Counted from the first letter of the stretch, positions 30,301 to 42,018 are shown. The stretch: DNA of 64,000 bases from a virus (IMGVR_UViG_3300028887_000085:1-64000), one strand, 5' to 3'. Notes: generated by a model from the sequence alone, not told the origin. Made by a program: numbers and translations.

Positions 30301-30411
30301 GGCGCGGATTTCGTCGGTCATTTCCTCCGGCGTGTACTGGCTTTCGATGCGGGAGACTTCGTAGGTGGAAGTCTTCTGATAAAGGGCGCTGCGGTAGCAG
30401 GTGATCTTCAT
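27386..30411 (-). other. Cluster of about 9 small hypothetical ORFs
   Basis: For example 27386-27598, 27601-27813, 27816-28034, 28049-28717, 28833-29411, 29506-29850, 30202-30411; most have AAGGAG-type RBS. Confidence 0.6.
28794..28819 (-). promoter_or_regulatory. Putative phage-sigma promoter 2
   Basis: GGTTACA-N14-AAGAC (one mismatch). Confidence 0.6.
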
Positions 30412-30414
30412 TGT

Positions 30415-30747
30415 TCAAACCTCCAATCTTTTGAAGCCGAAGCTGTCGCAGAACCATTTGGATTCTTCAGGCGGCTCCACGCTCTCGTCCAGCAGGATCA
30501 CCACATCGCTGACGGACATGCTGCGTCCGGTGTACCCCTCCGGGCGCTCGTCGCGGTTATACTTCCAGAAAAGGTTTTCGCAGGCTTCCGGGGCGGAATC
30601 GGCTTCCACCAGCCCAGCGTCGGCGGTGAAATAGCGATCCATGTCCACGCCGCCGAAGTGTTCCACGGTGCTTTCGTAGTCTGCGAACCGGCGAAGATGG
30701 TTTTCTTCGGTGTTCTTGAGCTGAAGGAATAGGTAGGTAAAAATCAT
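30415..30747 (-). CDS. YodL-domain protein
   Basis: ERPEGYTGRSMSVSDVVIL...FCDSFGF. Confidence 0.75.
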   Translation of the reverse strand: MIFTYLFLQLKNTEENHLRRFADYESTVEHFGGVDMDRYFTADAGLVEADSAPEACENLFWKYNRDERPEGYTGRSMSVSDVVILLDESVEPPEESKWFCDSFGFKRLEV

Positions 30748-31589
30748 GGGGCAGTCCTCCTTATTCTTTCTGCGCGACTTCGATATACAAAGTCCCCGCC
30801 ATTGCGTAGATGTATTTCACTTCCATGTTCTGCGCCCACTGAATATCGTTGTGGGAGAGGTCAGAGGTCTCATATGATCCCCGGCGCTTCCATTTGAGAA
30901 CGTCCTTTTCAGACTGTTCACAGACGGAGATGGAGCCCTGGACGGTGGCGGAATGGACAAGATCATAAAGGGTCATTCGTTTTTCCTCCTCCGAATTACA
31001 TGTCGAAATCCAGACAGCCGTCTTCCTCGGTAATATCCGGCATCCGCTCGTGGACGCGGGCGAAGCGGCACATTCCGCCATGGTTGAAGACACAGACTTT
31101 GGATTCGCACTCAAAGCACAGGCGCTCCCGCTCTCCGGCGGCCAGGATTTCCACACGGGATTCAGAGAGCTTTTTATAAAGGGGCATATAGGGATTCAGA
31201 GAACCCCGGCGCTCCAAAAGGATCGCCCCTGCGAAATCGAAGCTATTCAGGGTGGAAAGTTCTTTCATCGTCCATCTGCTCATATTTTCTATCTCCCTTC
31301 GTATAAGATCGGAAAAGACTGTTGGGGACGAATCCCCAGGGCATTTGCATAACCTTCTCCAAAGGCGCAAAGACCCTTTTTGGAAAGCCAATTGCTGAAA
31401 GCTGACATATCTACAAAACCGGGATCGGTTTTGTTATCGACGGCTGTTTTCTGAAGGGCGACACCAATCGGGTGGCACTCATGCGGGGCCTGAATATGAT
31501 GCTGCCCATATTGGCATATATACCACTTTTTCATTTCGCTCTCCTTTCGAGGCGGCGGGGAGGATTTTTCCTCCCCGCCTTGTGTTTTG

Positions 31590-32552
31590 TCAGGCCAGGA
31601 CCAGGCCGCCCACCATATCCATGACCTTCGCCGTCACGCGATCCACCAGCTCATGCCCGTCCATGATCCGGCCCCAGTTGTTCTCCCGGTAGCTGCCGGT
31701 TTCCCGGCGCGGGCGGGAGTGGTCCACCATATCCGCCATGGCGTTTACCACGCCCCAGCCGGTGCCCCGGAACTTCGCCAGGTCGGGCATGAAGTAGCAG
31801 ATCATGAATTCGTCCTTCACCGCCTTGACGGTGTTCTTCTGGCGCTCCGTGGCGTCCTCCTTCAGGGGGAACATCTCGGACAGGAGCTTCTCCAGCTTTT
31901 CGTCCGTGACCGTCACGTTGGCGAGCTGCAGGGCCTGGGCGTCCAGGCAGAGCATATACCGCTCCGCCAGCTCCAGGGTCTTGCGGGCCTCGCTCAGCTT
32001 GCCGTTCATGTCGCCGACGTGCTTCATGGCCCAGGATCGCTTGGCGGTGTTCAGGGCCAGGTTCAGGGTGTTGTTGCAGACCACGCGCACGGGGGTCATG
32101 CAGACCTTGACCGCGCCGCTGCCGTCATGGGTGTTGGCGAAGCAGAGGTAGGGCTCCACGTCATCCCCGGCGACCTTCGCCGTGGGCATCTTCGCCAGCA
32201 GCCAGATTTTCTTCCCGCCGCGCAGGCTCCCGGCGGTCTCGTAGCGCACATCGCCGCCGATCAGTTCATCCGTCCAGGAAAAAGCATCCGCGTTCTGGAC
32301 CACCTGATAGCGGTCGGTGACGATCCCCAGCACCGTGCCGTCCCGGTCACGGACATTGGCCTTGTAGTTGGGGACGGGCGTGGGGGAGTTTTCCAGGAAG
32401 ACCGGGCGCTGCTCCACGGTCCAGTCCAGACCGGACAGGCGCAGGGCGTCGGCGGAGGTGGGCGCGTCTTCGACCATCGTGCCGAGGCCGTGCCAGGGCT
32501 TTTCGCGGACATACATCATGGTGTCGAGTTTGGAATCGAATTCAGCAGGCAT
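31590..32552 (-). CDS. DUF932-family phage/plasmid protein
   Basis: REKPWHGLG, YETAGSLRGGKKIW, NTHDGSG, PVRVVCNNTL. Confidence 0.85.
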   Translation of the reverse strand: MPAEFDSKLDTMMYVREKPWHGLGTMVEDAPTSADALRLSGLDWTVEQRPVFLENSPTPVPNYKANVRDRDGTVLGIVTDRYQVVQNADAFSWTDELIGGDVRYETAGSLRGGKKIWLLAKMPTAKVAGDDVEPYLCFANTHDGSGAVKVCMTPVRVVCNNTLNLALNTAKRSWAMKHVGDMNGKLSEARKTLELAERYMLCLDAQALQLANVTVTDEKLEKLLSEMFPLKEDATERQKNTVKAVKDEFMICYFMPDLAKFRGTGWGVVNAMADMVDHSRPRRETGSYRENNWGRIMDGHELVDRVTAKVMDMVGGLVLA

Positions 32553-32671
32553 TGTTCGTTCTCCTTTTTGTAATGTATTTTTGTGGTGTTTAGCGGGGGG
32601 CGGGGAACCCCTCATCCGCCCTTCGGGCACCTTCTCCCAGGAGAAGGCGGATTCGCTCCCCGCCTTATACA

Positions 32672-32697
32672 GTCTCGCAGCAGGACAAAATGTAACC
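32672..32697 (-). promoter_or_regulatory. Putative phage-sigma promoter 3
   Basis: GGTTACA-N14-GAGAC. Confidence 0.7.
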
Positions 32698-35115
32698 GGG
32701 GGATCAGATATATTTTTGTTCATCCCTCCTCTGAAAATTCTTCGTTTGCGACATCTCCCGCGAGCTGGAAGGCTTCGTGCGCGGCTTCTTCCAGCCGGTC
32801 AATGGTGCGGGTGGCGTAGGGGCATTTTTCTATGAGCGCGACGGCTTCTGCTTTGAGGATATCGTGGGCGAAGTCCAGCGCGTCCACGGCATCGTCCTCC
32901 GTCAGCAGCAGGGAAGCATAGCGGCTGACGATTTTCTGATAGGTTTCCTTTGACATGACCATGGGGTGATCCCTCCTTTATTATGCGGCGGATGTGGCCT
33001 CGACGTAGGCGGAATGGAAACGGAGCAGACGGTCAAGGGAACGGCGGGTGTCCTGCATCAGCCGCTTGTAACCCGCGTTTTCCTCCCGCACTTTCCGCCG
33101 GTACTTCCTGGGTACGGATTCCGGGTCCGTGTAGTTCATTGCATAGGACATGGCCGCATATTCGGCGCAGCCCTTTTCCAGCGACACCGCCTCCGTGAAC
33201 CAGGCGTCAAGCTTTTGGATCGCGGCGTCGTTCTGGAAGGGAAAGAGCCGGAACATTTTGCAGAGCTTTTTCCAGGCGGAAAGATCAAGACGGATGAGAC
33301 TGTCCAGGGAGATTTCTGCCCGGAAAGAAGCATCATTTCGGATAGATATAACATTCTCCATTTGCGCTACCTCCTTATGTATTTTTCCATGTACTTCATG
33401 CAGGGGTCGGTGACGGTGACAAGCGCCCGCTGCGCCCGGTAGTGTGTCTTCTCCGGGCAGCTCAGGATTTCCGCGTCGGCGTAGTTCCGCTTTGCCCAGC
33501 GGCACAGCCGGTCACATTCCTGATACAGTGTGTCCGCTTTGGTATAGGGCGTGGCCTTGGTGATCCAGATGGTGTAACCGGGGGAGGCGCGTTCATGCAC
33601 CGGCCCCAGGGCAAACTCGGAGCGGGACATAAGCTCTTGGACGTATTGAGGGATCGTCATTTTCAGTCCTCCTCTCCCAGCTTGCAAAGCTTCGTGTTCA
33701 GGTCGCGCAGCTCGCAATAGTGCCGGATGATGGCCTCCATGGCCTCCGGGCACTCCGCGAGATAGGCGCGGGTCTTCGTCACGGCTTCGATCTTGCCGAG
33801 AACGGCGTCGATCAGCAGGGCCAGCTCCCGCGCCGTCAGGGTCACGCGGATGTTTTCTTTGCGCATTGTCAGTCCTCCTCGTCTTTATCTTCTCCATATT
33901 CGGCGGTGTAGGTGTCGAATTTGAGTATTGCGATATCGTCATCGTTGGCGTCCGTTACGTCCAGGGTGCAGCCGTCGTAGCCGTTGCGCTCCGGATCGTA
34001 TAAGTTTTCCTCGTAAAGATAGGCGGCGTATTCTTCGGCATCGTCCGAGGATTCGGCATTTACGATGATGCGGTTGGTGTAGGTGACGGTGAATGTCACG
34101 ACAAAGGGCTTTTTCATATGTTCGTATTCTCCTTTCCGAAATTATTCGGCAACGGCGGTGAGGTTCCACGCATTGCCAAGCTCGTAGTACAGGCCGTACT
34201 TTTTGAAGATCGCTCGCAGTTCTTCCTCCACCCTCCAAGACGGTTCTCCATAGTTCAGGGCATCATATAGCGGGCCTTCAAAGGTCATGGTGAGGATGTC
34301 CCCGGCGTACTCGGTGATGCGGCGGGGGTCTTCGTTCTCCAGGACGATCAGGTTGTGAGGGTCATTGTAGCAGTATCGACCGTGACGGTCATCGGTGGAG
34401 AACGCTTTGCCGTTGAAGTAGATGGTGGTGTCCACCCACATATCCCGGTCCAGCAGGAATTTGCGGAGCTCTCTGGCGAGCTTTTCGATATTCGCTCTGG
34501 TCGGTATCTTTGCCATGTTCATTCCTCCTCGATTCTCTTGATCTCCGCTTCCGCGCCGTCGTAGTCATCTTCGCTGAGACAGCCGCAGAAGGTATGGAAG
34601 TTGCAGTCTTCCAGCAGGTCTTCGATCTTCTCCCGCTGGATATCTTCCCGGTGGAGGCGCATAAGCTCCCGCAGGTCTTCCAGCGAGAAGCCCCAGCGGA
34701 TGGTCCGGGAAATGTCGCTGTAGGTCATGGTTTCCAGGGCTTTCTCCCAGTCTTCACAGATTTCTTCTTCCGTCATGGGTTCGGGAAGGTCACCGACTTC
34801 CAGGCTGGAGCAGTAGCCGTCAACATAGTACGTCACTTCCAGCTTTGGGAATTTCTGATGGATCATGTACTCGGTTGCGCGATAGTAAGCGCCGATGATG
34901 GAGTCGGTGATTTCATTGAGCCTTCCGATATCTTCAAATTCCTCCTTTGCGTAGTCGTTCATGTCATCAATCTCGCGGATGGAAAATCCCAGCTTTTCCA
35001 TGGTGTCCTCACACTCTTTTGCGACGCGCTCAATGGTTTCGGCATAAATTCCGAGAAATTCACAGGTAGAAATCATGCGTGTTCCTCCTATCGTTTTTTG
35101 TTTTGCGCCTTATAA

Positions 35116-35141
35116 GTCTCAGAGGAGCGGTTTTTGTAACC
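35116..35141 (-). promoter_or_regulatory. Putative phage-sigma promoter 4
   Basis: GGTTACA-N14-GAGAC. Confidence 0.7.
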
Positions 35142-36281
35142 GCCCCTCCGAAATTATTTTACGCTTTGTTTATTGTTCCCCCAAGACGGGAACCGGTCAC
35201 TGAAAGATGCGGAACTCCACCAGGTCGCCGTGGTGGATGTTGTTCCTGAAAAAGCGCTGCCCTTCCTCCTCCCGGTATGGCATGACATAGGCGCAGGTGC
35301 TGTTCTGATCCCGCATGTAGCGCAGCAGGTTCAGGGCCATGACGATCTCGGCGTCATCGAACGTTTCCCTTTCCTTGACGTAGCCCATGCTGTCACAGTG
35401 GGCCACGGAAACGCCCCATTTTGTGTTCTCGATCTCCAGAAAGCAGCCGTTGTTCACTTCGATTCTCCGCATTGTCATTCCTCCTTATACTTCCGAAGTG
35501 TCGATGTTCAGGATGATCCGGCCTTCGTCCAGGTCGAAGCTCGAAACGTCGTAGTCAGAAAACGCGCTCTGCTGCGCGTCCCACATGCTCCCGACGAAAA
35601 CCTCATGCTCGATTGCCGGATTCATGTCATAGATGCGGACTTCCACCGTATCGTCAGTGCAGAGACCGCAGAAATCGTAAACGTCCATTGTTTAATGCTC
35701 CTTTCTCAGCTCAAAGCATAGGCCAAATCGAAGAGAAGGTCTTCGATATCCCTGGCGTCATCCAGCAGGTCTTGAAGGGAATCGGGTTCCCCCCGATTTG
35801 CGCCGTACCATTCGGCGGCGTGCTGTTCAGGATCAAAGTTATTGTAGCGCTCGATAAGCATGTCAAAGATTTCGGGAATGCTGTGGTAATACTCGGTGAT
35901 AATCAGGTCTTCACCGGCGGGAGAAGACCTCTCGAACTCCACATACTTTTCCGTTCTTCCGCTTTGGAGCGCTTGTTCTCCGAATGTCACGCGCCAGCCG
36001 AGCTTTTCGGCGGCGGCGATGACGGCGGCTTTTGTCGTTTTCATCTGTTCTCCTTTCGTTTTTCGCCGTAATAGACGTAGCTGCCACGGGGACCGGTCAC
36101 GACGATGCTTCCGCCGCGCCCGGAATAGTCACGGCGAAAGTTTACATAGCCCGCCCACATGACCGCCTCCATGGGGGAGTGGGCTTCGATAATTTTATCC
36201 GGGGCGAGAAGGCCGTCCCGGATATCATAGACCTTGTATGAGTTCATGGTGATCTCCTTTCGCATTGTCGCTGTCTTTATA

Positions 36282-36307
36282 GTCTCCGCGGGGCGTGGAT
36301 TGTAACC
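36282..36307 (-). promoter_or_regulatory. Putative phage-sigma promoter 5
   Basis: GGTTACA-N14-GAGAC. Confidence 0.7.
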
Positions 36308-37094
36308 GCCCCATAAAAATTTCTTCAGGCCCTTTTTTCGTTTGCCTTTGCGGTGCGGTAGCCGGTGCCATGCTTCGTTTCCGCGCTGACGATCTTCCCG
36401 GAGGAAAGCAAATCCTCAAAGATGGAATGCACATAGCTGTAACCCGCGCCGTTGTCCTGATAGCGTTCAGCGCCCCGGCGGGGAATGTGGTGCTTCTCCG
36501 AAACGCGTCGGACGGGGCCGCTGAAGAAATCGTTGCTCACGATATACAGGTTGCTTCGCTTTGTCTTGAATTCCGTCAAAAGCTCTGCGGAAATTTCTTC
36601 CCGCCGGTCCTTCAGGATGTCCAGATATTCCTCGTTGCTGATGGGGAAGACCTCATGGTACACGTCCACCCAGCGGACAGATACGGTCTCGGCGGCGTCC
36701 AGGGCTTCCGCAATCGGCTTGACCTTCGCTTTCGCCACGGTGCCGGAAATGTTGTGCGATTCTGCGTACAGGTGTTCCATGGGGTAGCCCTCTGTGCGGC
36801 CTCCGATACCTTCGGAGATTCCGAAGTCGGCCACGATTTTTTTCACCTCCGCATGGAAGCGCTCGCGGTCGGCGGGATCGGTGAAGCTGCCGTACATTCC
36901 CGCTCCTTTGGTGTCGATGCGGAAATAGACCTGGATAAAGCTGTCAGCGGGGAAGGGGCCGTCAGGGTTCCAGTTGTCGGTCATGTGGCCGTCCGGGCCG
37001 TACTGCGGGCCGTTCATGTTGTCGTGGTATTTGATCTTTTCGCTCATGGTGATCTCCTTTCAAGTTACCGGCTTGCGCCGTTGCTGCTTATATG

Positions 37095-37120
37095 GTCTCG
37101 CTCAGGCCGGTTTTGTAACC
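37095..37120 (-). promoter_or_regulatory. Putative phage-sigma promoter 6
   Basis: GGTTACA-N14-GAGAC. Confidence 0.7.
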
Positions 37121-37832
37121 GGGCCGGAAAAAGAATTTTCAAGGGCCGCTATGCGGCGGATCGTGTCCTCCGTCAGGCCGCCCGCCCGGAGGCAGGCGGC
37201 GGCGACATTATAGTGCTTGCGGGCGCGGAATAGGTCGCCCCGGCGCAGCTTTGCAGCGCAGTTATACAGGGCGCGGCGAGCGAAAAATTCGTTGCTTCCT
37301 TCCAGCTTTGCGATATGGTCCATCAGTCTCCCTCCGCGAAAAGGCTGTCATATTCCGGCTTGTACCACGGTGCCCCTGGCATGAAACAGCCGATCGATTC
37401 TATCTCGTGCACCGTCAGCGGCGCACCGCTTTCCCGGAAACAGATGCGGCGGCTGAGAAGCTTCCCGCCGCGAAAAACCTCCACAAGTTTCAGTTCCAGA
37501 TAATCCCAAAGCGGCTGCAGATTGCATTTTTTGAGATACGCGAACAGTTCCGCCGTCGCCCTGCTCCACTGCGCTTCATCCAGCGCGACGCCATATAACA
37601 AACGGTCACACATTTTCTGCCATTCGATGCTGTTCGCTTTCATCAGATGACCGCCCCTTCCGCCGTGACGATGCAGGCGCTTTTTCCGTCGTGGGATCGG
37701 TAATACTCATTTCCGGCCTCGTCCGTCCAGAAGACTTCGTGCATCTTCTCGGGCTTATAGGACGCGGACATGGGCCGCAGCTTCCCCACGATCTCAAAAC
37801 CTACGCGCTTTGCATACTGCCGGATCGTCATT

Positions 37833-38357
37833 TCATGCGTCCTCCCATTCCGTTTCGTTGAACTTCTGAATGAACTCCTGGAAGGAAAGCTCCTTCCAAT
37901 AGTTCACGGTTTTGCTGCGCCACTTCCCGGCCTTGTACTTGAAGACGGTGATCCCCACGGTCCCAAATTGCACATAGCAAGAACTGGAAATGTCCATCGT
38001 TTCGCCGTGGCCGCTGACCTTCACGCGATACTGCGCAGACTCCCAATTCAAATCGAGGATGCGTTTGTCGTTTGCCGTCATATCAGAATCCCTCCCGATC
38101 ATCTGTTTTTCAAGGTCCGCAATATCCTCCGGAGACAGCCATTCCGGCGGTACAGGCAGGGAAGCATAGACTTCCCGCATGAGGTCGATCTGCTTGCGTT
38201 CGTCCTGCGTCCAAAGGTGCTGCGCATACCGTGCCCCGTAGCCCAAGTAATACAAGCAATCCAGGCGCAGCCGATCCAGGAACATATAGCGGAATTTCAC
38301 GTCGCGCTTTTCCAGGTCATACGCTTGCATCAAGGTCGTTTTTTCGGTGCGATCCAT
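37833..38357 (-). CDS. LPD11 (large polyvalent protein domain 11)-like protein
   Basis: FRYMFLDRLRLDCLYYLGYG...HLW...PEWLSPEDI. Confidence 0.7.
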   Translation of the reverse strand: MDRTEKTTLMQAYDLEKRDVKFRYMFLDRLRLDCLYYLGYGARYAQHLWTQDERKQIDLMREVYASLPVPPEWLSPEDIADLEKQMIGRDSDMTANDKRILDLNWESAQYRVKVSGHGETMDISSSCYVQFGTVGITVFKYKAGKWRSKTVNYWKELSFQEFIQKFNETEWEDA

Positions 38358-38662
38358 CAGGTGTCCTCCTCTGCGCCTGCTTTCTGACGCTTCATTTGCT
38401 TTAAGACTTCCAGCTTTTGAATCAGCTTCCCAATGTTCGGCTGCTCTGCGTTCCACGGCAATTCGATATAATGAGAGACCGTAAAGATGGCGTTGTCGAT
38501 AAAAACGCAACCGTTCGCTTTGCAGCGTTCTATCATTTCGTCCGCAGTCCGGCAAAGACTTTCTACATGCTCGCGCCTTCGCTTCGCCTCGTCATAAGGT
38601 TCTTCACCTTGAATGTAGGCACGCGCCTGCTCGTCGGTTAATGTCCTGCGCTTTTTTTGCAT
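38357..38662 (-). CDS. Hypothetical protein
   Basis: 101 aa with RBS. Confidence 0.55.
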   Translation of the reverse strand: MQKKRRTLTDEQARAYIQGEEPYDEAKRRREHVESLCRTADEMIERCKANGCVFIDNAIFTVSHYIELPWNAEQPNIGKLIQKLEVLKQMKRQKAGAEEDT

Positions 38663-38819
38663 ATCGTTTTCTCCCTTCCGAATTAAAGACTTTATGGAAC
38701 GGCCCGTGTCCGGGCCGCTCGAAAAGGCTTCAAATCACGGGGACGGGGATCGTTCTGTTCTGTGTATCCGCGCTGAAAGCTGTTATATTACCTCCTTCTG
38801 AATTTTTATTCTGTTTATT

Positions 38820-39263
38820 TCAGGCCGCCTCCTTTCGGCTTTCCGGGGTGAAGCCCTGGTCCTCGATGTTCTTCAGCCAGTGCCAGAGAAAATCATCCAG
38901 GGACGTTCTCAGGGACGGAGAATAAAGCCGCTGGCCGTTCCGGGTCCGGTAGACCTCTTGATACAGCCCCATGTAGTCGTTCCGAAAGTTCAGGGGATGG
39001 ATGACGCCCTTCTCCCGGTCCACGGAAAACTCGATGCAGGGATCGGCCATCAGGTCGCCGTTCTGCTCGCCGTAGTGGGCCATGTAGTAGACCGGCAGGC
39101 CCCGATAGTCCGTGTATCCCAGGGATTCCATGGACAGGTCCATATATCCCGCAGCGGTGAAGCGCAGCCAGGACGTTCCGTCGTCGCAGGTCTTCTCGTC
39201 CAGTGCCTTCAGGTAGGGCAGAAGCATCTTGTAATTGGTCGTTCCGTGTTTCGTTGCTCTCAT
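38820..39263 (-). CDS. DUF6908-like protein
   Basis: MAHYGEQNGDLMADP...WLKNIEDQGF. Confidence 0.65.
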   Translation of the reverse strand: MRATKHGTTNYKMLLPYLKALDEKTCDDGTSWLRFTAAGYMDLSMESLGYTDYRGLPVYYMAHYGEQNGDLMADPCIEFSVDREKGVIHPLNFRNDYMGLYQEVYRTRNGQRLYSPSLRTSLDDFLWHWLKNIEDQGFTPESRKEAA

Positions 39264-39343
39264 TTTGTTTATCTCCTCTCATTTCAATTTCCGTTCAATT
39301 TTTAGGGGCCGCCTTGTGTCGGCGGCCCCGTGCTGTTCTTATC

Positions 39344-39369
39344 GTCTCGAAGCGGCCTCGATTGTAACC
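39344..39369 (-). promoter_or_regulatory. Putative phage-sigma promoter 7
   Basis: GGTTACA-N14-GAGAC. Confidence 0.7.
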
Positions 39370-39398
39370 GGTCCACAAAATTTTAACCGCCGATCATG

Positions 39399-39779
39399 TC
39401 ACGCCACGTCGCTTTTGGACGCCTCGTCCCGGTAAAGCTCAATGGCCCGCAGGACAAACGCCTTGACCTCCTTTTTGTTGACGTTCATTTTCTCCGTGTT
39501 CGTTTCCACCGTGTAACCGTAGCTGTTCCGCTTCCAGGTGACGCCCTCCGCATTGCCGCAGATATCGGTGTAGATGCGGCTCAGGGCCGTCGTCGTCAGG
39601 TCGAAGTGCTCAAAGGTGATCTCCGCCTCGCCGCCGGTCCTCAGGATCTTCAGGGCGTCGTTTATCAGCTTGTCCACGGATTCATAGTAGTCGATCTCAT
39701 AGAGTTTTTGACCTTCCAGCTTGCCGAAGAATCCGTTTGCCCTCGCCTTGAAAGAATAGCTCATGAAGAATGCGCTCAT
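39399..39779 (-). CDS. Hypothetical protein
   Basis: 126 aa; RBS GGAGG. Confidence 0.6.
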   Translation of the reverse strand: MSAFFMSYSFKARANGFFGKLEGQKLYEIDYYESVDKLINDALKILRTGGEAEITFEHFDLTTTALSRIYTDICGNAEGVTWKRNSYGYTVETNTEKMNVNKKEVKAFVLRAIELYRDEASKSDVA

Positions 39780-39817
39780 GGATTTGACCTCCGTTCAATT
39801 TTTGTTCTGCTCTTATA

Positions 39818-39843
39818 GTCTCGATAAAGCACGGATTGTAACC
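39818..39843 (-). promoter_or_regulatory. Putative phage-sigma promoter 8
   Basis: GGTTACA-N14-GAGAC. Confidence 0.7.
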
Positions 39844-40301
39844 GGCGGCCCGAAAAAATTTCCGGCCCGCGCAGAGCGCCTACAGCGCCCAGGATCAGCA
39901 GCGCAGCGCCGAAGTATGTTCCGGCCCAGGGACCGCCGTCAAGCTCCGTCAGCAGCAGCAGGAAGCCCAGGAACGCAATCCCGGCGGCCAGGTTTTTGAT
40001 TTTTGAGGTGCGCATGTTCAGTCCTCCCACCACTTGAACCATCCGGCAGGCGCAGCCGTGTACTGCTCATAGTAGAAGCCCACGATCCGCTCCCACTCGT
40101 CGGGCCGACATTCCCCCAGGCGCTTGCAGGATTCAAGCGTTTCCACACATTCCCGCCGGTATTCCTCCGGCATAGCAGCATATTTTTCCCGTGTCAGCAT
40201 TTATTGTGATCTCCTTCCTCTTGATAGCTTTATGAAGCGCCGGGCCCCTCCACGTCCGGCGCTTGAAAAACCGTCAAGATTTTGTCCTGCGATTTGGATA
40301 A

Positions 40302-40631
40302 TTATGCAACCACCTCCAGCAGGTCGGAGAAGCGCTCCAGCATTTCCGCCTTGTTGGCCTCGTAAACCTTCAGGGCCTGCTCCTCCGCTTTTTTGCTCTT
40401 GCGGGCGCACTCCACCACGCACTTTTTCCAGCCGGAAAAAGCGGCGTAGCTCTCCATGGTCACGCCGTAGTCCGTCGTACTCCGCTCCACCGGGGAAACG
40501 CTCACATAGTAGCCGCGAGCCTCGGTCCTGCCGGTAAAGTAGTTCATGCCGCCCAGGGAATAGTACAGCTCGCACTTCAGGAAGTGGCTGGGCTTGTTGG
40601 TGTTGATGTACTCTTTCTTGATCTGCTGCAT
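40302..40631 (-). CDS. Hypothetical protein
   Basis: YYSLGGMNYFTG...RGYYVSVSPVER. Confidence 0.6.
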   Translation of the reverse strand: MQQIKKEYINTNKPSHFLKCELYYSLGGMNYFTGRTEARGYYVSVSPVERSTTDYGVTMESYAAFSGWKKCVVECARKSKKAEEQALKVYEANKAEMLERFSDLLEVVA

Positions 40632-40687
40632 GATGTTATCTCCTCTCAAAGTGTTGTTTTGTATTTCGGTTTAGCTCTGCTCTTATA

Positions 40688-40713
40688 GTCTCGCAGGATC
40701 TCCTTTTGTAACC
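40688..40713 (-). promoter_or_regulatory. Putative phage-sigma promoter 9
   Basis: GGTTACA-N14-GAGAC. Confidence 0.7.
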
Positions 40714-40783
40714 TCCCTCCGAAAAAGATTTTTTGTCCGCCGAATAGCAGGGCCGCCGGTCATCCCGGCGGCCCGCAGCCTGT

Positions 40784-41269
40784 TCAATTCTCCTGCATGG
40801 CGTAATACAGCGGCTTGCGCTGAGAGGCGTCCAGGACCTCGCTGCACCGGCGCATGGCCTCCTTTGCCTGCTTCAGCGCCCTGACCGTTGCGCCGATCTG
40901 CTCGTCGCTCGCGTCATCCGGCAGCTCGTCCACGGCGTTCACCAGCCTGTTTTTCTCCTTGTGGATGTAGAAGCTCGCCACACGGCACACGCCCACGGCA
41001 TCCCGGTAGGCCGCCGCCAGCTCGTCGAAGTCCGCCTGCAGCTTGTCCCGTTCGTCCATGGTGTCCAGGCTGATCTTTGCCACGTCCGCCGCTTTTTTCC
41101 TGGCCTCCTCCAGGTCGCGCACCGGCGAATTGCCGAAGTCGTTATCGATATTGTCCCGGCAGATGTCCACGATCCCGGCGAATGTCAGGGCGATGTAGCT
41201 GTCCTCCCCGGCGGATTGAATCAGGTTTTCGATCTTGTCCAGGATCTTGCGCTCTTCAGCTTTTGTCAT
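40784..41269 (-). CDS. Hypothetical coiled-coil protein
   Basis: 161 aa; RBS GGAGG. Confidence 0.6.
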   Translation of the reverse strand: MTKAEERKILDKIENLIQSAGEDSYIALTFAGIVDICRDNIDNDFGNSPVRDLEEARKKAADVAKISLDTMDERDKLQADFDELAAAYRDAVGVCRVASFYIHKEKNRLVNAVDELPDDASDEQIGATVRALKQAKEAMRRCSEVLDASQRKPLYYAMQEN

Positions 41270-41314
41270 GATTTTTTATCCTCCGAATTTTGAATTTTGT
41301 TTCCTGCCTTTAAG

Positions 41315-41340
41315 GTCTCGCAGTCAAGCAAATTGTAACC
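41315..41340 (-). promoter_or_regulatory. Putative phage-sigma promoter 10
   Basis: GGTTACA-N14-GAGAC. Confidence 0.7.
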
Positions 41341-41379
41341 GGCGGAGAAAATTTCTTTTCTCCGCCGGTCTGTCGTTTT

Positions 41380-41937
41380 TTATCCGGCGATGGCCGCATA
41401 AGCCATCCCGCCGCGCCGCCGGTCGTCTTCCTCCGCGCCCAGGCGTTCCGAGCCGAATTGCAGCCTGATCCTGTCCATGCTCCACGCCTTTTTGCCCTTG
41501 TAGCTCATGGCGGCATCCTCCGGGAAGTGCCAGGACCATTTTTCCTTCCCCTTGCTCCACTTGCAGCCCAGGGCCTTCAGCCGGTCCTTGTGCCTGCGCG
41601 TTTCGCCGCCGATCCAGAGCCAGCGCCCGCAAAGCTCAACCTCCAGCCCGTCCAGCTTGAAAAGCTCCGCGCAGATGTTGATGAAGTCCTCCGGCGTCTC
41701 TTTCGTCGCCGTCTCCGCCCTGTAGGTCTTCGGGCCGTCGGGCCGAGAGCTCTTGTGGATGTCCTTCAGCTCGTCGAACAGGATCGTATATTCGGCGTTG
41801 ATCTCCTGCATTTTCACCTTGTCGCCGCCCCGGTCAGGATGATTTTCAAGGGCCAGCTTGCGGTAGATGCTCTTCAGGTCTTCCACGTTGTCGGGAACGG
41901 GAACGATCCAGCGGATTTTCTGTTTTGCGAATTTCAT
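41380..41937 (-). CDS. J-domain (DnaJ-like) protein of mobile elements
   Basis: YRKLALENHPDRGGD (HPD motif); ELCGRWLWIGG. Confidence 0.8.
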   Translation of the reverse strand: MKFAKQKIRWIVPVPDNVEDLKSIYRKLALENHPDRGGDKVKMQEINAEYTILFDELKDIHKSSRPDGPKTYRAETATKETPEDFINICAELFKLDGLEVELCGRWLWIGGETRRHKDRLKALGCKWSKGKEKWSWHFPEDAAMSYKGKKAWSMDRIRLQFGSERLGAEEDDRRRGGMAYAAIAG

Positions 41938-42018
41938 TTTTCGACCTCCGATTTTTGTTTTCCGAATTATTTATGCCCCGAAGAATTTCCCCAGGGCTTG
42001 ATTTCCGTCGTCTTTATA

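Larger units (their letters stand above)
32720..37831 (-). other. Cluster of about 15 small hypothetical ORFs
   Basis: For example 32720-32962, 32981-33361, 33367-33660, 33663-33866, 33869-34117, 34142-34522, 34519-35076, 35197-35478, 35485-35688, 35706-36044, 36325-37047, 37323-37643. Confidence 0.6.

Noticed and set aside
22608-39518. Extra TGTAACC hits near 22608, 33067, 33573, 36438 and 39512
   Set aside because: Inside coding sequence and lacking GTCTC at the 14-nt spacing; not counted as promoters
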